The translations under genes were made by a program, and so were the position numbers. Below the pieces are notes generated by a model that ran no database searches, was not told the origin of the DNA, and saw only the letters and a list, made by a program, of their open reading frames with translations. This document shows positions 1-9,000 of a stretch of 64,000 nt of DNA, one piece after another (within the stretch, counting starts at the first letter, position 1; every line of letters begins with the position of its first letter). The DNA comes from a phage, in sequence record PV946933.1; one strand, given 5' to 3'.

Positions 1-41
1 TGATTATTAATGAAAACTCTTGGCACTATAAATTATTCAAA

Positions 42-461
42 ATGTTTAATGATGAATGGAAACGACCTAAGACACTGTGTGCATACTTTTGGTCTATTGT
101 CATTCCTACATTCTTCGTTTCTTTTTTCGGATGTACTATACTCGCAGGTCTAACTATCATCTGCGCAGAAATCATGCAGAAATGGCTTATTTTTGGTAGT
201 TTATGGACTCTTATTCCATCAGCATTTATACTTGCCATTTTGCTTGTTTTACTTATTATCGGTTCATTTGTTATTCCTGCACATTTGCGTGAAAAATATA
301 AAGATTATAAATGGAAAAAGGATTATGCTTTACATGTAGAAAATATTGATAGGGCGTATAAAGGTTTACCTCCTATTCAACCCAAGAAATCTATTATCGT
401 CGAATTTTTAAAAACGCGTAAAGCTAAAGTATGTCCTGTTATTGAATATAAGGCTAAATGA
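42..461 (+). CDS. hypothetical membrane protein (nrdC-upstream accessory region)
   Basis: 139-aa ORF with three hydrophobic segments; no recognisable motif. Confidence 0.4.
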   Translation: MFNDEWKRPKTLCAYFWSIVIPTFFVSFFGCTILAGLTIICAEIMQKWLIFGSLWTLIPSAFILAILLVLLIIGSFVIPAHLREKYKDYKWKKDYALHVENIDRAYKGLPPIQPKKSIIVEFLKTRKAKVCPVIEYKAK

Positions 462-1471
462 TGAAAACAGTAATGAAAAGCTATTTCGGTAGTCATCTTT
501 ATGGAACTTCTACTCCAGAATCTGATGTAGATTTTAAAGAAATCTTTGTTCCTCCTGCTCGTGATATTCTTATCGGAAATGTTAAAGAGCATATGAGCAA
601 AAACACTAACAACACATCATCTAAAAACACTAAAGATGATATTGACCATGAACTATACAGTCTTAAGTATTTCTTTAAATTAGCAGCAGATGGTGAAACC
701 GTAGCATTGGATATGCTCCACACTCCACCTGAACTGGTAGTTAAATCTGATTTGCCTGATGTATGGAAGTTTATTCAAGACAATCGTTCTCGTTTTTATA
801 CGACTAGCATGAAATCCTATTTAGGATATGTCCGCAAGCAAGCTTCTAAATATGGTGTTAAGGGTTCTCGTTTGGCCGCATTACGTGATGTATTGAAAGT
901 AGTTAATCAAATCCCCGATCAGTGGGTTGATTACCGAGAAGATGGAACACAAGGACAACGTCGTACTAAAGTTGAAGATATTAAGCATCGTCTTCCAGAG
1001 AACGAATTCTGCGAATGGGTATTCCATAATCATGAGAAAACAGGCCCGCAGACGTTCTATACTGTGTTGGGTCGTAAATATCAGACTACACTTTCTCTTA
1101 TTGAGCTTAAGCAGTCTTTGAATAAACTTGATGCTGAATATGGTGAACGTGCTCGTAAAGCTGAAGCGAATGAGGGTATTGACTGGAAAGCACTGAGTCA
1201 TGCTTGCCGCGGTGGACTCCAATTGTTGGAAATTTACAAAACTGGTGACTTAGTCTATCCACTCCAAGACGCTCCATTTATTCTCGACGTGAAGCTGGGT
1301 AAACATCCATTTAAAACGGTTCAAGAGTTTTTGGAAGATGTGGTCGATCAAGTAGAAGCAGCATCAATTGAAGCTTCTAAGAACGGTATGCAGCAAAAAG
1401 TAGACATGGGTTTCTGGGATGACTTCCTTGAGAGGGTGTATCTCGAAAACCACCGAAGTTATTATAAATGA
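458..1471 (+). CDS. putative nucleotidyltransferase (Pol-beta superfamily fold)
   Basis: 337-aa ORF; N-terminal FGSHLYGTSTPESDVDF fits the minimal NTase motif hG[GS]x9-13Dh[DE]h; start overlaps upstream stop. Confidence 0.55.
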   Translation: MMKTVMKSYFGSHLYGTSTPESDVDFKEIFVPPARDILIGNVKEHMSKNTNNTSSKNTKDDIDHELYSLKYFFKLAADGETVALDMLHTPPELVVKSDLPDVWKFIQDNRSRFYTTSMKSYLGYVRKQASKYGVKGSRLAALRDVLKVVNQIPDQWVDYREDGTQGQRRTKVEDIKHRLPENEFCEWVFHNHEKTGPQTFYTVLGRKYQTTLSLIELKQSLNKLDAEYGERARKAEANEGIDWKALSHACRGGLQLLEIYKTGDLVYPLQDAPFILDVKLGKHPFKTVQEFLEDVVDQVEAASIEASKNGMQQKVDMGFWDDFLERVYLENHRSYYK

Positions 1472-1473
1472 TA

Positions 1474-1497
1474 GGGAGCCTTCGGGCTCCCTTTTTT
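1474..1497 (+). terminator. rho-independent terminator
   Basis: GGGAGCC-TTCG-GGCTCCC then TTTTTT. Confidence 0.7.
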
Positions 1498-1521
1498 ATT
1501 TCAAAAATTTTTCACAAAACG

Positions 1522-1551
1522 GTTTACAAGCATAAAGCTTTATGGTACTAT
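1522..1551 (+). promoter_or_regulatory. sigma70-type phage early promoter
   Basis: -35 GTTTAC, 18-nt spacer, extended -10 TGGTACTAT; AT-rich upstream; conserved leader to GGAG. Confidence 0.6.
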
Positions 1552-1585
1552 ACAACTATCAACTGATACAGATTTGGAGAATAAA

Positions 1586-2554
1586 ATGAAAACTGTAACT
1601 ATCAATAAGGGTATCTACTTCGGTAAAGAAATCTCTGGAACTTTTGAGCTCTTAGGCGAATGGTTCCCAGATAATGCTCCAGTAGATGCACAAGGAGATG
1701 GTAAAGTTTTTGTTGAAATTGACGGTAAACGTCGCGGTGTTTGGGTTTACAAATCAGATATTTCATATGATGGTGTAAAAGTTGAAGAAGTTAAAGAATC
1801 ATATGAAGATATGAAAACCCGCATTAATAAAAGATTTAATGTTATGGGAATGATGACGAATGGTATTATTAATGGAAATATTCGTTCATTAATTATCTCT
1901 GGCGCAGCAGGTATTGGTAAAACGTATTCTTTAGATAAAGCTTTAAATAAAGCAAATGATAATGGATACATTGAATATAAAAGCATTAATGGTAAAATCT
2001 CTGGTATTGGTCTTTATGAACAGCTTTGGAATAATCGTGAAGAGAATTCTGTGCTTTTGATTGATGATGTGGATGTTTTCTCTGATATGGACATTCTTAA
2101 TCTTCTGAAAGCTGCTCTGGACACTGGAGAGACCCGTAAAGTTTGCTGGAGCACTGCATCTTCTTACTTAGAAGAAAAAGGCATTGACCGTGAGTTTGAA
2201 TTTAAAGGAACGATTGTTTTTATCACAAACGTTGACATTGACCGCGAATTAGACCGTGGTACTAAACTTGCTCCACATTTACAAGCATTAGTGTCCCGCT
2301 CAGTTTATTTAGATTTGGGTGTTCACACTAATGAAGAAATTATGGTCAGGGTTGAAGATGTTATTCTTTCAACCGACATGATGCAAAAGCGCGGTCTTTC
2401 TGATGAAGAAACTTATAAAGCATTATCATGGATGAAAGTCAATGTTAATCGTTTACGCAATGTTTCACTGCGTACTGCTCTTTATCTTGCTGACTTTATT
2501 ATGACCGACAAAAACGGTTGGGAAGAAATTGCTGAGGTTACTCTTCTGAAATAA
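1586..2554 (+). CDS. P-loop NTPase (AAA-type ATPase)
   Basis: Walker A GAAGIGKT, Walker B VLLIDDVD; ATG 6 nt after GGAG (track ORF starts at upstream TTG). Confidence 0.6.
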   Translation: MKTVTINKGIYFGKEISGTFELLGEWFPDNAPVDAQGDGKVFVEIDGKRRGVWVYKSDISYDGVKVEEVKESYEDMKTRINKRFNVMGMMTNGIINGNIRSLIISGAAGIGKTYSLDKALNKANDNGYIEYKSINGKISGIGLYEQLWNNREENSVLLIDDVDVFSDMDILNLLKAALDTGETRKVCWSTASSYLEEKGIDREFEFKGTIVFITNVDIDRELDRGTKLAPHLQALVSRSVYLDLGVHTNEEIMVRVEDVILSTDMMQKRGLSDEETYKALSWMKVNVNRLRNVSLRTALYLADFIMTDKNGWEEIAEVTLLK

Positions 2555-2655
2555 TTCATAAGAGGACTTCTATGACAAAAAGGCAGTTCAGAAATAGATT
2601 ATATGGACTGCCATCAAAAAGATGACTAGAATTAAACTGGTAAATGGAGGTAGTG

Positions 2656-2958
2656 ATGTTATACTCAAAGGCTCGTGAAATTTACGAAACTAAGATTAAA
2701 GAAGCTGTATTTCAATTCGCAACGACAATGCGATGGACAAATGACTGGGAGTATTCAAAAAATCATAAGAAGCCCATGGTGACAAGAAAGGCTCATATGT
2801 TAGTGTTAATAGACCGTGAGCAGATTAAAGCCCGAGAAGCCCTCCAGAATCATAAAAAGGCTGCCTTTGAATGGTTTATGGATAACACTGCTCCTGAGAC
2901 TAAGAAAGCGGTAAGCGCATGGTTCAGTGGAAAAAATTGTGAAAGAAGTTTCTTTTAG
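2656..2958 (+). CDS. hypothetical protein
   Basis: 100 aa; GGAGG 5 nt upstream of this ATG. Confidence 0.4.
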   Translation: MLYSKAREIYETKIKEAVFQFATTMRWTNDWEYSKNHKKPMVTRKAHMLVLIDREQIKAREALQNHKKAAFEWFMDNTAPETKKAVSAWFSGKNCERSFF

Positions 2959-2960
2959 TG

Positions 2961-3013
2961 GTTTACAAGACTGTTCCTCTGTGGTACTATACAACTATCA
3001 ACTACGGAGGAAC
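2961..3013 (+). promoter_or_regulatory. early promoter with SD-pairing inverted repeat
   Basis: GTTTAC ... TGTGGTACTAT; GTTCCTC (2973-2979) complementary to GAGGAAC (3007-3013) covering the SD. Confidence 0.55.
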
Positions 3014-3018
3014 ACAAA

Positions 3019-3546
3019 ATGAACGCTAAAGATATTTTCAACTTGGTAAATTACAACGATGGTAAATTTAAATCTGAAGCACAAAGTAAGTTCTTTAATG
3101 ACATCTCAATCGGAGGTGAAATCACAGTTGATGGAGGACAAATTTACAAATCCCGCTGGAATTGGATCGTTATTATTGATGAGATCGGTATTGTAGAAAT
3201 TTACAAGAATACGAATAAAAATCGTACATTACACTGGTCTCGTGATACTAACGAACAGTACAAAAAGGATAAAGCATCTAAATTATCTCGTGTAACTCAA
3301 GAAGATATTGAGTTCATCAAGAAAGATATTTTAATGTATGATAATTTAATTGCTGAAGAGCAAGCTGTTATTGATAAATTTGATGAGATTAAAGCTTCTC
3401 GTGAAATTCCTGATTTTATGAAAGAATCAGTAAATGAACGATACACTCTCATTTCAGAGCGTATTGAAACTTACAAAAAGCAAAGAGCTGAACGCCAAAA
3501 TACTCTTCGGAAGTTTGAAGAACGGTTAAAGACGGTACTCGCATAA
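3019..3546 (+). CDS. hypothetical protein with C-terminal coiled coil
   Basis: 175-aa ORF behind early promoter and SD; charged heptad-like C-terminus. Confidence 0.5.
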   Translation: MNAKDIFNLVNYNDGKFKSEAQSKFFNDISIGGEITVDGGQIYKSRWNWIVIIDEIGIVEIYKNTNKNRTLHWSRDTNEQYKKDKASKLSRVTQEDIEFIKKDILMYDNLIAEEQAVIDKFDEIKASREIPDFMKESVNERYTLISERIETYKKQRAERQNTLRKFEERLKTVLA

Positions 3547-3601
3547 CCGCTTTATACCAAGGATGGTATAATAGTTCTAAGCCCTTTTAATTGAGATTAT
3601 T

Positions 3602-4003
3602 ATGAAACGGTTGATAATTAAAAGATTGAATTTATTGATATGTTGTTTATGTGTAGTAGTTGCATACGGTTATTACGCAATTAATGATTATATGCATTAT
3701 AAAGATTATGATGTTACTGTAGTTAATACTATTACAGGAACACAAGGAAAGGGGTCTAGTTTATCGTTTATTGCTGTATATGAACTCAAAGACGGTTATA
3801 GATTTAGTGAATATATTTCCCCAGAGATGTATTCTTCAATAGAAAAAGGTGATAATATTACTGTAAGTTTACGTCCTTTCGACGTAAAACAGACATGGTT
3901 TGATAATATTGTTTGGTTCTTTGGAATGGCATTAGTTCAATCTATATGTGGTACTTATATAGTCTGTTCAATCTTATTCCACGTAATTAGTAAAATTGAG
4001 TGA
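3602..4003 (+). CDS. hypothetical membrane protein
   Basis: 133 aa; hydrophobic helices at N- and C-termini. Confidence 0.45.
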   Translation: MKRLIIKRLNLLICCLCVVVAYGYYAINDYMHYKDYDVTVVNTITGTQGKGSSLSFIAVYELKDGYRFSEYISPEMYSSIEKGDNITVSLRPFDVKQTWFDNIVWFFGMALVQSICGTYIVCSILFHVISKIE

Positions 4004-4066
4004 GGAAAATATGTCAGTAGTAATTAATAATGTCAATGCAGTAATTAAATCTTTAGTTAATAAAAA

Positions 4067-4900
4067 ATGATGAATGAATGGACTGTATTTCGTCGTGGAG
4101 AGCCAGATAAATTTTTTCATAGATTTAACCCAACTTTGGATTTGAATGTTATTGACAGAGATGTTCATGCCGAAATTTTAGATAAGTTTAAAGTTGATAT
4201 TGGCTTTGGATTAGAAAAACATTTACAGCGAACAAGCGGATCTGGAATGAGTTTATCTAATCGCATTATGAAAGCCCTTAATAAAATTGGAGCGTTGTCT
4301 CGCATTAATGCGAGTGAAATCCTTCGTAATTATAATAAAGGATATGACCTTTATGGTCGACTAATGCCGAAGTTATCATTTGACCAAATGATTGCAGATT
4401 TGTGGGAAAATCAGCGACGATTATTAGCATTAGGCGCTCGATTAGCTAAAGGTCTAGATAAACAAATGATTTTTAAGACCAATAATACAGAAGACCTTAA
4501 ATGCTTTAAATTTAGTATTCGTGGAGATGATTATTACATCAGAGCTCACTCTACAGATTATGTTAATATGGGGCATCATCTCTGTTTAGCTTTTGAAGTT
4601 TTAAAAGAAGCTGGAACGTTAGAATATTCATCTGGTGCTAAATGCCCGATTGGTTCAAATTGTATTTTGATTTATCGCCCGGATGAATCCAGTTCAACTA
4701 AATTGCCTACGAAACCTGTACCAGTTCGTAGTAATGAAAAACATTCTGAACAAATTGATTATTTTAATAAGCAAATTGAAGAGCTGAATATTTCTATTCA
4801 ACAGTATGACGATGAAATTTTCAGACTATCTGGATTGAGTAGTAAAGCTAAATCTGAGCGTGAAAAGTTAATTAAAATTGTTGATTTACTTAAATCTTAA
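4067..4900 (+). CDS. hypothetical protein with C-terminal coiled coil
   Basis: 277-aa ORF, tightly packed with neighbours. Confidence 0.5.
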   Translation: MMNEWTVFRRGEPDKFFHRFNPTLDLNVIDRDVHAEILDKFKVDIGFGLEKHLQRTSGSGMSLSNRIMKALNKIGALSRINASEILRNYNKGYDLYGRLMPKLSFDQMIADLWENQRRLLALGARLAKGLDKQMIFKTNNTEDLKCFKFSIRGDDYYIRAHSTDYVNMGHHLCLAFEVLKEAGTLEYSSGAKCPIGSNCILIYRPDESSSTKLPTKPVPVRSNEKHSEQIDYFNKQIEELNISIQQYDDEIFRLSGLSSKAKSEREKLIKIVDLLKS

Positions 4901-4908
4901 GGAACACC

Positions 4909-5937
4909 ATGAAAACTCGTTCTCAAATTGAAGATATGGTTCGTACTGCCAGTGATACTCGTAATGTTATGACATTTTTGTGTGAAAATAATTTAGACCC
5001 TGATAAAGTTAATCGTGCTATTCATCACTTTAAATATCTGAACAGCAGCGAATGGGTGCGTAATTTTAGCGAAGCGGGGTATATTACACAAATGACGGCT
5101 CGTGAGCAGCTCACCGATTTCTGTAAAACTATTGATTATAAAAATCCTCTATTTGTTCAAGGCGTTGGTCAAAGTAAGGTCGATTTATCATCTGGATTTT
5201 TCAATCCAAATCATTATCGTATTGAATGGAGATTTATTGCTCTGTTCCGTAGACAATTAAAGCAAATTTTATCAACTGCGAGTCGATTAAAAGGTTCTGA
5301 TATTAACTTAAAGAATCTGAAATTTGATGGTTATACTCTTCAGATGGAAGTAAGACCATTAAAAGAAAATAATAGAACTGCACGAATTAGCTTTAAACCT
5401 AATACAAAAAATTCTCTTTCAATTTGCGAATGCCTTAAATCGCAGTTGACAGAAGCATTTAAGTATATGGATGTTGTTGCCGCTGTTCAGTCTAAGATTT
5501 TACCTCGTTTTGAGCGATTTAAATTAGACACAACAACATATGAACTTGATATGATCGTTTCATTTAAATACGATTTTTTGAGAAAGGACGAAGTCCCGCA
5601 AGAGAAAAAGCAGGAAGTGCAAGATAACTTAAATTTAAATTTATCCAATTACTCATCAAACGATCCTAAATTTTGGATGTATAGCTCAGGTAATGAAGAT
5701 GCATGGAAATTCAATAAAGTGAATTTTCTTCCTGTTGAAAATCCGAGTCTTAAACCTGTTGAAAAATGGCATGCAGATGCGATTGAGAAGTCTCTTAAAG
5801 CAGTAGATGATGAACTCGTTAAAGCAACTAATGAAATGTTAGAAGTTGAAAAGGCGCTAGAAAAAGCTCAAGAAAAAGTCAAAAATCTCACGAAGCAACG
5901 TTCTAAACTGAACAATGCACTAAATGCACTGAACTAG
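4909..5937 (+). CDS. hypothetical protein (MKTR N-terminus / C-terminal coiled-coil family)
   Basis: 342 aa; starts MKTRSQI; C-terminal ~60 aa strongly coiled-coil-like. Confidence 0.55.
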   Translation: MKTRSQIEDMVRTASDTRNVMTFLCENNLDPDKVNRAIHHFKYLNSSEWVRNFSEAGYITQMTAREQLTDFCKTIDYKNPLFVQGVGQSKVDLSSGFFNPNHYRIEWRFIALFRRQLKQILSTASRLKGSDINLKNLKFDGYTLQMEVRPLKENNRTARISFKPNTKNSLSICECLKSQLTEAFKYMDVVAAVQSKILPRFERFKLDTTTYELDMIVSFKYDFLRKDEVPQEKKQEVQDNLNLNLSNYSSNDPKFWMYSSGNEDAWKFNKVNFLPVENPSLKPVEKWHADAIEKSLKAVDDELVKATNEMLEVEKALEKAQEKVKNLTKQRSKLNNALNALN

Positions 5938-5966
5938 TTTACTTTGCCACAAGGATGTGGTATAAT
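5937..5966 (+). promoter_or_regulatory. early promoter
   Basis: GTTTAC-N18-TGTGGTATAAT; near-identical 30-nt copy at 52074-52103. Confidence 0.6.
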
Positions 5967-5994
5967 GTTCTTACTTTCTACTGAGGAGATTAAT

Positions 5995-6996
5995 ATGACT
6001 CGTAACGAATATATCAAATCATTCAATAGCGTTATTGATGATAAAGCTATACCGATGTTTGGTCAAAATAGCGTTATTTCTATTATCAATCAATGGCTCA
6101 ATAGTGTTGACGCAAGTATTGTTTCTTCTGTTAAATTTATTCATGAAATTCGTAAAATTTCTAGCCGTGTAGATAAAGATGTTATCAAGAAAACCTTTAA
6201 AGAGTCTCGTCTTCTTTCATATTTGGTTAATCGGGATATTCTTGGTAATTTTGGGAAAGAAATTAAACGAACCAAAGATGTAGTAGGATATAATTGGTTC
6301 GGTGATGTTAATTCTTATCATCTTAATAATAAAGAAGACCCTGAGAATATTTTTACTCGTCGTTGGATTAGTAATTTCAGGCTTTTCAAAGGACAGATTC
6401 TAAAATCAGCTTCTAAATTATGTTATGGCGATTATCGTCAAATTCATCCTTTGGCTTCTGATATGATCATCATAAAAGAATATGAACTTGATAAAAATAA
6501 AGTAGCTATTTTTGTGAATTATGGATTTTTTACACCAGAAACTAACCAAAAGAACATTAATAAATTTTTCTCAATTGCTAGCACTATAACTCGTCAATTA
6601 GAAACCGCATTACTTTGTATGGAAACAGTAGAAAATATTCATACGTATCCTTTTAAGAATATATGCGGTTGGGAAGGATATAAAATTGTAGTTAGTCTTC
6701 GTGAAGTGAAATGTGCTTATTCATTAACTGATAAAGAAATTTATCAACAAAAATGTGAGGAAATTGTGAATACTCCTAAAGAAGAAACTACACTTGAGGA
6801 ACTAATGGATAATCTTGACGATTCGCCTGAACCAGTAGAAATTCGTCCAGAAGTTATTGCACTAGAAAAAGCTTATAAAGAAGCTCTAGAAATTTCTAAT
6901 AAAGCGCAGAAAGAATATGAGCAGGCTAAAAGGATTTGGGAAGAATCTGTTAATCGTCTGGATCGTCTTGAACAAGCTTTACAGTTAATTAAGTAA
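5995..6996 (+). CDS. hypothetical protein (MTR N-terminus / C-terminal coiled-coil family)
   Basis: ATG after GAGGAG downstream of promoter GTTTAC-N18-TATAAT; track ORF starts at TTG inside the promoter. Confidence 0.5.
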   Translation: MTRNEYIKSFNSVIDDKAIPMFGQNSVISIINQWLNSVDASIVSSVKFIHEIRKISSRVDKDVIKKTFKESRLLSYLVNRDILGNFGKEIKRTKDVVGYNWFGDVNSYHLNNKEDPENIFTRRWISNFRLFKGQILKSASKLCYGDYRQIHPLASDMIIIKEYELDKNKVAIFVNYGFFTPETNQKNINKFFSIASTITRQLETALLCMETVENIHTYPFKNICGWEGYKIVVSLREVKCAYSLTDKEIYQQKCEEIVNTPKEETTLEELMDNLDDSPEPVEIRPEVIALEKAYKEALEISNKAQKEYEQAKRIWEESVNRLDRLEQALQLIK

Positions 6997-7048
6997 TTTA
7001 AAGCCAAGGATGGCTCGGAGTATAAATCATTAACCAAGTGAGAAGAAC

Positions 7049-7978
7049 ATGAAAACTCGTAAACATTATATTGATTATTTTGACAGTCTTATTACTAAAC
7101 ATCGTAATTATCAGATCGGACACAGAGCAGTAATCAATAATATTCTTCGTGATTTCCTTCAATATGTTGGCCAGGAAAATCATATCTGTAAAGATACTCA
7201 AAACGCCTATTCTCATTCATTAGGCAATTTGCTTCAATGGTTTAAACGTTCTCGTCTGTTATCTTCTACTGTAGCTCGTGATAACATTGAAAACTTTATG
7301 AAGCCGAGCTTCATTAAATCTACGACATCTATAACCGATTTGGTTGAATTTACTATTGTTAACGATGTTAAAAAGACCCATTTGGCTGATTGGTTATCTA
7401 CCATTCCTGAAACTAAATTTGCTGATAAATTCGCCTGTCAATTCAATGACCAAGTGAATATGCTTTTTAAGCATGCTCGCAAACTGTTTACCGCGGGTGA
7501 TGACCGTACAAATACAGTTCATGTTAAGGACTGGGTTATTGCTGATGAAGTAACACACAAGCCAGGTGGTTCATCAGTATTAATTAATATCCAGGTTCCT
7601 TATTATTACTCACGTAATCTCGGCACCATGACAGCTAGAGAAATTAATAAGCACAACAAAACTATTCGTTCGTTGTCTTATAAACTCCGCATGATGCTAA
7701 AAATTATGGATGTAGTGGAAATGTATGATGAAACCGAAGATAATGGTTCAATGCTGTACAGTTCACGCATTCTAATTAAACTGAAGAACCCTAATACGTA
7801 TAAGCCAGTTGTAAAAGAACCTAAAGTAGAAAAGGTTGATAACTTGAGCGAAGAACGTGAATATCTCAATGCTCGTTTGATTGAAGTTGAAGCCCAGATT
7901 GCCGAACACACTAAATTGTTAAAAGCTCTTAATGCAAAAGCAAATGGTTTACGTAATGCTATTGAGGTATTGAAATGA
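7049..7978 (+). CDS. hypothetical protein (MKTR N-terminus / C-terminal coiled-coil family)
   Basis: 309 aa; starts MKTRKHY; C-terminal coiled coil. Confidence 0.55.
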   Translation: MKTRKHYIDYFDSLITKHRNYQIGHRAVINNILRDFLQYVGQENHICKDTQNAYSHSLGNLLQWFKRSRLLSSTVARDNIENFMKPSFIKSTTSITDLVEFTIVNDVKKTHLADWLSTIPETKFADKFACQFNDQVNMLFKHARKLFTAGDDRTNTVHVKDWVIADEVTHKPGGSSVLINIQVPYYYSRNLGTMTAREINKHNKTIRSLSYKLRMMLKIMDVVEMYDETEDNGSMLYSSRILIKLKNPNTYKPVVKEPKVEKVDNLSEEREYLNARLIEVEAQIAEHTKLLKALNAKANGLRNAIEVLK

Positions 7979-8292
7979 AAAAGCGCTTATTAGAAGATAT
8001 TGCAGCTTCAAGTAATTCCAGTCTAATTAAAATTATTATGGCTGGTGAAGAAGACGATCTAGAAATGCGTGGAAAGATTCATGGTTGTGACGATCTAGAC
8101 TTTAAACCTCCTGCTTGGGATGCCATTATGGCTATGGTTGAACGTCGCGAAAGGGCTTCTAAAAACGTTCCTAATTGTCCTGAATGCGGTACTGAACAGG
8201 TTCAATTAGTCCATTGGCAGACTAGTAATCTTCGTTATAAATGCCGTCATTGCAAACACCGATTTAACCGAGAAGAAAATGACAAAGCGTAA
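7975..8292 (+). CDS. small zinc-ribbon protein
   Basis: 105 aa; C-terminal CPECG...CRHCKH. Confidence 0.45.
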
Positions 8293-8521
8293 AGAATATA
8301 TGGAGACTGCTGAAAAGGCAGTCCGTGAATTAGCAATAGCGTATTATAATGAACACGGTAAATTTCCTGATAGATATAGCGTGCTTAAATCTGCTTTAAC
8401 TCGTTCATATAAAAATATGCTATCAGAAGTAAGTGATATTATATACAAACATAAAGAACAAACGGGCCAAAGTCTTGATTACGACGAGACTTTTAAACAA
8501 GTACTAGGAATTAAGGAATAA
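8279..8521 (+). CDS. hypothetical protein
   Basis: 80-aa ORF immediately upstream of nrdC. Confidence 0.45.
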
Positions 8522-8522
8522 C

Positions 8523-8786
8523 ATGTTTAAAGTATATGGTTATGATAGCAACATCCACAAATGCGTGTATTGCGATAATGCAAAACGTCTCTTGACTGTG
8601 AAGAAACAGCCGTTTGAATTTATCAACATTATGCCAGAAAAAGGTGTTTTTGATGATGAGAAAATCGCTGAGCTTCTGACTAAACTGGGTCGTGATACTC
8701 AAATTGGTTTGACGATGCCTCAGGTATTTGCTCCTGATGGAAGTCATATTGGTGGATTTGACCAATTGCGGGAATACTTTAAATGA
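8523..8786 (+). CDS. nrdC: glutaredoxin (T4 NrdC-type thioredoxin)
   Basis: 87 aa, CVYC redox motif; sequence recognised as T4 nrdC. Confidence 0.9.
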   Translation: MFKVYGYDSNIHKCVYCDNAKRLLTVKKQPFEFINIMPEKGVFDDEKIAELLTKLGRDTQIGLTMPQVFAPDGSHIGGFDQLREYFK

Positions 8787-8998
8787 TGCTTGAAGGAACT
8801 GATTATATCCATGACTACCGCGGAAGCGCGGTATATGTAGGTGATGAGGTTGCAGTTTATTACGGGTATGGAACTTTGATGACAGCAAATGTTATTCAAA
8901 TTAAAAATGGCCGCGCTAAACTCGAAGTTTATTATTCTAACGGTGAAAAGTCTATTTCTAAATGGAAATATGGCGATTGTATGGTCAAACTGGGGTAA
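8783..8998 (+). CDS. hypothetical protein
   Basis: 71-aa ORF, start overlaps nrdC stop. Confidence 0.4.
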   Translation: MMLEGTDYIHDYRGSAVYVGDEVAVYYGYGTLMTANVIQIKNGRAKLEVYYSNGEKSISKWKYGDCMVKLG

Positions 8999-9000
8999 AT

